NCBI GenBank assembly: GCA_964016885.1
Contig: OZ024741.1
Coordinates: 389,298,001-389,362,000 of the forward strand
Length of the DNA stretch: 64,000 bases
DNA from: Eledone cirrhosa
Lineage: Eukaryota
Reading direction: 5' to 3'
Below the pieces are notes generated by a model. That model was given only the letters and a program-made list of their open reading frames with translations. It made no database searches and was not told the origin of the DNA. How positions within the stretch are numbered: position 1 is the stretch's first letter; the number at the start of each line of letters is the position of its first letter. The position numbers were made by a program, and so were the translations under genes. Positions 58,534 to 64,000 of the stretch are shown in pieces.

Positions 58534-61500
58534 GTTTTCTCTTTCTCTTAATTTCGAGTATATTTTTTTGACCGGCCACCTTCCTGGTGGCAAGGTTGTA
58601 AAAGAAAAGAAATTGTCATCCCTTGAATCGCAAGAATGTTTTGCAAATTTTGAAGGTGCCAGCTATCGCAGCCATTTGTAGACTATGAATTAGGGAGCTG
58701 CGCTTTTTGTCCGCAAATCCAAGTTCAGTCATACTTTGGTCCAAGCGGGTTGGTATATAACCCGTAGCACCAATAATGATGGGTATGAAGCTAAAGGTGT
58801 ATCTTGGATACTGGATATGTAAACTCCTCATCAATGGTCCGTAGATGTCCTCCTTCTCCTGTATTTTTCTGACAACGTTTACATCAAGTGGGCAGCTGAT
58901 CTCCACAACAGAACACGTTTTCAATGTGTGGTCCCAAACTACAATATCAGGCCGGTTGTGCTTTAATTTGGTGGCAGTTTTTATTTTCAGGTTCCACCAG
59001 TATTCCTTAGTGCCATCTGTCTCAATATATTCTTCCTCGTTTGTTGTTAATTTTGTTTTCCGAAGTGCGTTCCAGATGGTTCTAGCTATCCCATCGTGTC
59101 TCATGGGGAGGTAGTAACGAGATGACATTCTTTCGCAGCTGGCAACAATGTGGCTTACATCCTCGATCTTTGTTTTACATAGCCTACATTTATTGTCAGC
59201 TGCTGGCCCTCCTCTTTTGTGCAGCAGATATTTGGTAGGGAGTTCTTGTTCCTGTATTGCATAGAGATATCCCTCAAGGTGTGATGTCATAAACTTGTCG
59301 GAACTCCATGCCAGGCTTTTTGAGTGGTTTATCCCCTCTATGGTCTGTGTTTTACGCCTCAAGTATCCATGCACAACTTTTTCTGTAAATTGGTCAATTT
59401 TTTTATCTTGTTTGAACATTGAATAGGATCTTCCGATTTCTCTGGGTGAGAGATTTATATCAGGCTTTATTCCATATCTCTCCTCCAGATCAGTCGCTAT
59501 TCTAATGATATTTCTTTTTTCATGCTCATAAACCTGGGAAAGATGGTTGCCAACCTTTTTCCTCTGTTGAAGGTGTTGCTTCAGTGTTACTATCCGGGTC
59601 TCATATGTTGTTAATATTGATTTTAGACCCCGGCCACCTTCCTTGCGTGAGAAGTATAGCCTATCCACATCACCATTGATGTTAAAGTTCCCAGTAACAC
59701 TGAGAAGTTTTCGAGTTCTAACATCCATCTCACTTAGTTCTTGCAATGACCAGTTCAGTAGGCCAAATGTTGGCGTTAGAATTGGCACAGCATAAGTATT
59801 GTGGGCAATGTATTTGTTGTATGCTGACAGTTCTGATGACCATATTTTCTTTACTCTTCTGAGGTATTCAGTTCTGGTTCTCTCCTTATTTATGGGTCCA
59901 TCATATCTGACATTCTCATCCTGTCCAAGATATCTGTAGTCGTCACCTGACTGTAGAGGTTGTATTGTCAGGCCGTTCATCTCTAGATTTCTAGAGGAGG
60001 GCACAGCTCTTCCACGTTTTACTGCCAAATATGCACACTTGGACTCACCAAATTTCATTTTGATGTCGGTTGAAAATTGTGTAATGAGGTCCAATTGTTT
60101 CTTGATGTCATTGATATTTGGCCCATACAACTTCAGGTCATCAACAAAGAAAAGATGGGAGATACTTCTGGGCCCACTTCTTTGTCCACCTTGTTTCCTG
60201 AGTAGGTAAGATAGTGGATTCAGTGAGAGAACGAAGAGTAGCACTGACAAGCTATCACCCTGAAAGATGCCCTTCTGGTAATGTATCTTATCAGTCTTAA
60301 CCTGCTCCTTCTCACCTCTAAGGATCAAACTGGTGTACCAGTTCTTGGTCAGGCGTTCAACAGCAGCTACCAATGGTTGTGGGACTTTAGCTAATTGTAA
60401 AGCCTTAACAATCCACCCATGAGGTACACTATCAAATGCTTTTTGATAGTCCAGCCACACGACAGTCATGTTTCTGCGATTCTTTGTTGTTTTTTCCTGA
60501 ATCATTTTGTTAGTTAGTAGGTGATCTATGCAACCCCACACCTCCCTCTTTCCACCAGCTTGCTCAGGTGTTATGATGTTGTTGGTAGCACAGTGATCCT
60601 GAGGTTAAGGCACCCAGTATATAATTTATACATGATGTTTTGGCAGGCAATTGGGCGGTAATTTTTAGCAAGGGTGGTTTGGCTATTTTGGGGAATGAGG
60701 AGAGTAGAGGCAGTTGATAACCATCTGGGCAGTTCTTGTGTGCCCTTAATGGTTTCTGTAAACAGCCGTATGAGATCTTGCCGATAGAAAGTGAAATTCT
60801 TCAACCAGTATCCTGTAATGAGGTCTGGGCCTGGCAATTTCCTATTCGACATTTTCTGTAGAGCTGTTTCCAGTATTGACCCATCTATGTCATATTGTTT
60901 TGTCTGGACATGTTGGCAGTAGTCCTGTTCCAGTTCTTTTAGCCAATTAGCTTGTCTGTTGAATCCGTCATCCGTTTCCCATACAGATCTCCAGTAGCTC
61001 TCAACCTGTTCTTTTGAAGGGGTGTCATTTACAGAGATTGAGCTTTTGCCACCGAAGCTGCGATAAACTGATTTAGGATCTCTGGCAAACAATCTATTTA
61101 GCACTTGTCGTTTATGTGCTGTTGACTTATATTTCAGTCTTTCTGTTGTAGCTGTGAGTTGTTGTTTCAACTGGTGTAATTTGGAGTTCAAAGTTTTAAA
61201 TTTTGTATCTCCAAATCGTCTCTCTAACTTTTTCTTTAGGTCTTCCTGGTGTCGTGTGAAGTTGCTCTCTATGTTGCATTTCATAACGACTGCGATGTGT
61301 GAGATACTTCGTCTCAGGGACAAAATTTTGGATTTTAAATTTCGCATCCACGCTGGTTCAGGCTTTCTGCTTGTATCTTGATTGCGTAGTTTTAGATGTG
61401 TGTTATATGATAGCAATGTGACAGCTGAAACATATAACAAAACATTAAGCGTTTCAAATGTCGTTTCTACACCTTTAGATCGTATAGCCTTCAGATAACT

Positions 61501-61915
61501 GCCAGCTATTTCGTTCACCGCTTCCAATTCCAATTTAGTGGGTTCTTTACTGACTCTAGTGTTGTATGGTCTGTCACTCACATTAAGGCTGTGTATCTCT
61601 TGAAACATATCGTTCCATATCACTTGTAGGGAGCCCACAAGTTTTTGGTGCTCTGTTTGTTCAGTAGAGTCATGAATTTCAGCCTCGTTGTTGATATGGT
61701 GACAATTACTACTAGAGTCAGCTGACCTTTCTCGCTGTTCTTCAGTGGAAGTGGGATGGATTTCAGCAAAATTGTTGGTGAGCTGTTCACTGTTAGATTT
61801 AGCTGGCCATTCTCTCTGTCTGTCAGTGGAGGTGGGGTGGTTGTCTACAAGGGCTGTATTTGTAGTATCACTCAATTCCGTTAGATGTATCAATTTACAT
61901 CTAATGATACGTTTT
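58534..61915 (-). mobile_element. Near-intact R4/Dong-like RLE non-LTR retrotransposon inserted in microsatellite
   Basis: 61915-60571 has [12 protein letters not shown]...NYRPIACQN. After one frameshift, 60541-58616 has [31 protein letters not shown]...HIVASC, RHD, NRPDIVV...VEISCP. A short 3'UTR runs into (CATA/TA)n. Confidence 0.93.
58616..60541 (-). CDS. RT + CCHC + restriction-like endonuclease portion of the R4-like ORF
   Basis: 641-aa open frame with the motifs listed for 58534-61915. Confidence 0.9.
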   Translation of the reverse strand: MWGCIDHLLTNKMIQEKTTKNRRNMTVVWLDYQKAFDSVPHGWIVKALQLAKVPQPLVAAVERLTKNWYTSLILRGEKEQVKTDKIHYQKGIFQGDSLSVLLFVLSLNPLSYLLRKQGGQRSGPRSISHLFFVDDLKLYGPNINDIKKQLDLITQFSTDIKMKFGESKCAYLAVKRGRAVPSSRNLEMNGLTIQPLQSGDDYRYLGQDENVRYDGPINKERTRTEYLRRVKKIWSSELSAYNKYIAHNTYAVPILTPTFGLLNWSLQELSEMDVRTRKLLSVTGNFNINGDVDRLYFSRKEGGRGLKSILTTYETRIVTLKQHLQQRKKVGNHLSQVYEHEKRNIIRIATDLEERYGIKPDINLSPREIGRSYSMFKQDKKIDQFTEKVVHGYLRRKTQTIEGINHSKSLAWSSDKFMTSHLEGYLYAIQEQELPTKYLLHKRGGPAADNKCRLCKTKIEDVSHIVASCERMSSRYYLPMRHDGIARTIWNALRKTKLTTNEEEYIETDGTKEYWWNLKIKTATKLKHNRPDIVVWDHTLKTCSVVEISCPLDVNVVRKIQEKEDIYGPLMRSLHIQYPRYTFSFIPIIIGATGYIPTRLDQSMTELGFADKKRSSLIHSLQMAAIAGTFKICKTFLRFKG

Positions 61916-62057
61916 GATATGTATGTATATATATATATATGCATGTATATATGTATATATATGTATATGTATGTATATATGTATATATATATATATATGC
62001 ATGTATATATGTATATATATGTATGTGTATATGTATATATACGTTTTGATATGTATG

Positions 62058-62088
<31 letters not shown>

Positions 62089-62305
62089 ATATGTATATAT
62101 ATGTATATGTATGTATATATGTATATATATATATATGTATGTATATATGTATATATATGTATGTGTATATGTATATATATGTATGTGTATATATATATAT
62201 ATATATCTATGTATATATGTATATATATGTATGTATATATGTATATATATATATGTATGTATATATGTATATATATGTATGTATATATATATATGTATGT
62301 ATATA

Positions 62306-62338
<33 letters not shown>

Positions 62339-62351
62339 ATATATATGTATG

Positions 62352-62386
<35 letters not shown>

Positions 62387-62397
62387 ATATATGTATG

Positions 62398-62430
<33 letters not shown>

Positions 62431-62483
62431 GTATGTATATATGTATATATATGTATGTATATATGTATATATATATATGTATG

Positions 62484-62558
<75 letters not shown>

Positions 62559-62596
62559 GTATGTATATATGTATGTATATATGTATGTATATATAT

Positions 62597-62597
<1 letters not shown>

Positions 62598-62627
<30 letters not shown>

Positions 62628-63205
62628 ACGTTTAACGTCCGTGTTCCACGCTTGCATGGGTTTGGACGGGGGTAGTCCCACTTGAGGCAAGAGTGATTGT
62701 CTTGCTCGCATAGGACTGTCTGGCAAGTTTTCTACAGTTGGATGCCCTTCCTAACACCAACCACATTTACAGTGTGGGTCTGGGAGGTTTTTACCGTGTT
62801 GCCTACACGGCCACATTACAGCGTGGACTGTGTGTTTTTTTGTCGTGACACCTACACGATCTCATTTGTTTCGGCCTGGATGGTGTGGCACCAACATAAC
62901 TTTACATAGAACGGGGTGGTGTGGATGGGGGGGGGGGTATTTTGTTAGAGATGCCTACTGGCTGTAGTAGGTTTTACTATGTATTTAGGTAAGGCGGGTC
63001 TTCTCTGTTACTGAGTACCGCCAAAGGTTTTGGTCCAGTGACATTGTCTTGGAGAGGTGTAAGTGTGTGAGGTCGGAGTTTATCAGCTCGTCCCAGGTTT
63101 TTCTAGGTCTGCCTATTCCGTGGCTACCGTCTATCTTTATTGCCCTGCACTTTGTTATACAGCTATCGACTTTCATGCGCATCACGTGTCCATACCTACG
63201 TAGCC
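62598..63205 (-). mobile_element. RTE 3' fragment with (GAT)n tail
   Basis: [10 protein letters not shown]...[15 protein letters not shown]...W; 3'UTR ends in (CAT)n on the + strand. Confidence 0.8.
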
Positions 63206-63232
63206 TTATATATATATATGTATATATGTATG

Positions 63233-63283
<51 letters not shown>

Positions 63284-63342
63284 GTATGTGTATGTATGTA
63301 TGTATGTATGTATATGTATGTATATATGTATATATATGTATG

Positions 63343-63401
<59 letters not shown>

Positions 63402-64000
63402 GTATGTATATATATATGTCAGGTCACCAGTTGGTGCTACTGGTAACATGTATCCCAGTACAACCTGTCCCATGGTCGTTGGCGACTAAACTGGCAACCC
63501 CACCAAGGTTTCTTGGTGAGGAGGGTGACTATGGACATCCTGCAGGACTAAAAACAAAACCTGTCAAAGGACAAAGGAGCTCTTAAGAGTCAATGGCCAT
63601 CCAAAATCACCAGGAGAGATGACCTCTTAGCCTTTGTCAAGGCAGAATTCTAGGAGAAGGAAAACTCTGATATAACACCTGCAACCCTGATGGTATCCAA
63701 TGATGTTGACTTGTTCTTCTTTTTGGTAAATATCATCTTGGTTAAGAGAGTGGGACTGACTTTGTGCATTACCTTTGCTCACTATAAAAGCTTCACGGCA
63801 CAGGAATTGCTTTATATCTTGAGATCTCTCTGCACTTGTCGTCACATGGAACCATGGGCCCAGCACTATGTGTCAATAATTGTCACAAGTGTAGTGTTTG
63901 TACCAGAGTTTTCAAGTCGCTGGCTGGACTAAAAAGTCACACTCGTTCAGCGCATCGGTAGGGGTTCTCCTACATGGATATAAAGTAGTGGCCGTACTCG

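Overview
AT-rich, repeat-dominated eukaryotic (animal) DNA. The Nin-domain tRNA-derived SINEs resemble octopod SINEs as I recall them, so a coleoid cephalopod is the likely source (inference). Only one host-gene piece is visible: the first coding exon (23490-23637) of a TYR/TYRP1/DCT-type tyrosinase-family gene (signal peptide + QFPRxC...CCP). It is preceded by a promoter with a near-perfect vertebrate-style M-box and a TCACGTGA E-box. No second exon was recognised, so the rest of the window may be a very large intron; it also contains a 200-N gap. The remainder is transposon-derived: several Penelope-like elements (PLEs) with hammerhead ribozymes and fold-back ends, RTE, R4/Dong, L1/Tx1 and CRE non-LTR fragments, a Chapaev3-like DNA transposon, MITEs and many SINEs. 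From 40887 to the window end there is a head-to-tail array of at least 9 copies of a ~608-bp non-autonomous RTE-derived element (5'UTR fused to a zinc-finger/3' end). The copies are separated by (TA)n/(TATG)n tracts and invaded by a near-complete PLE and a near-complete R4-like element. Boundaries of degenerate elements are approximate. The long YI/MY-rich ORFs are microsatellite artefacts.
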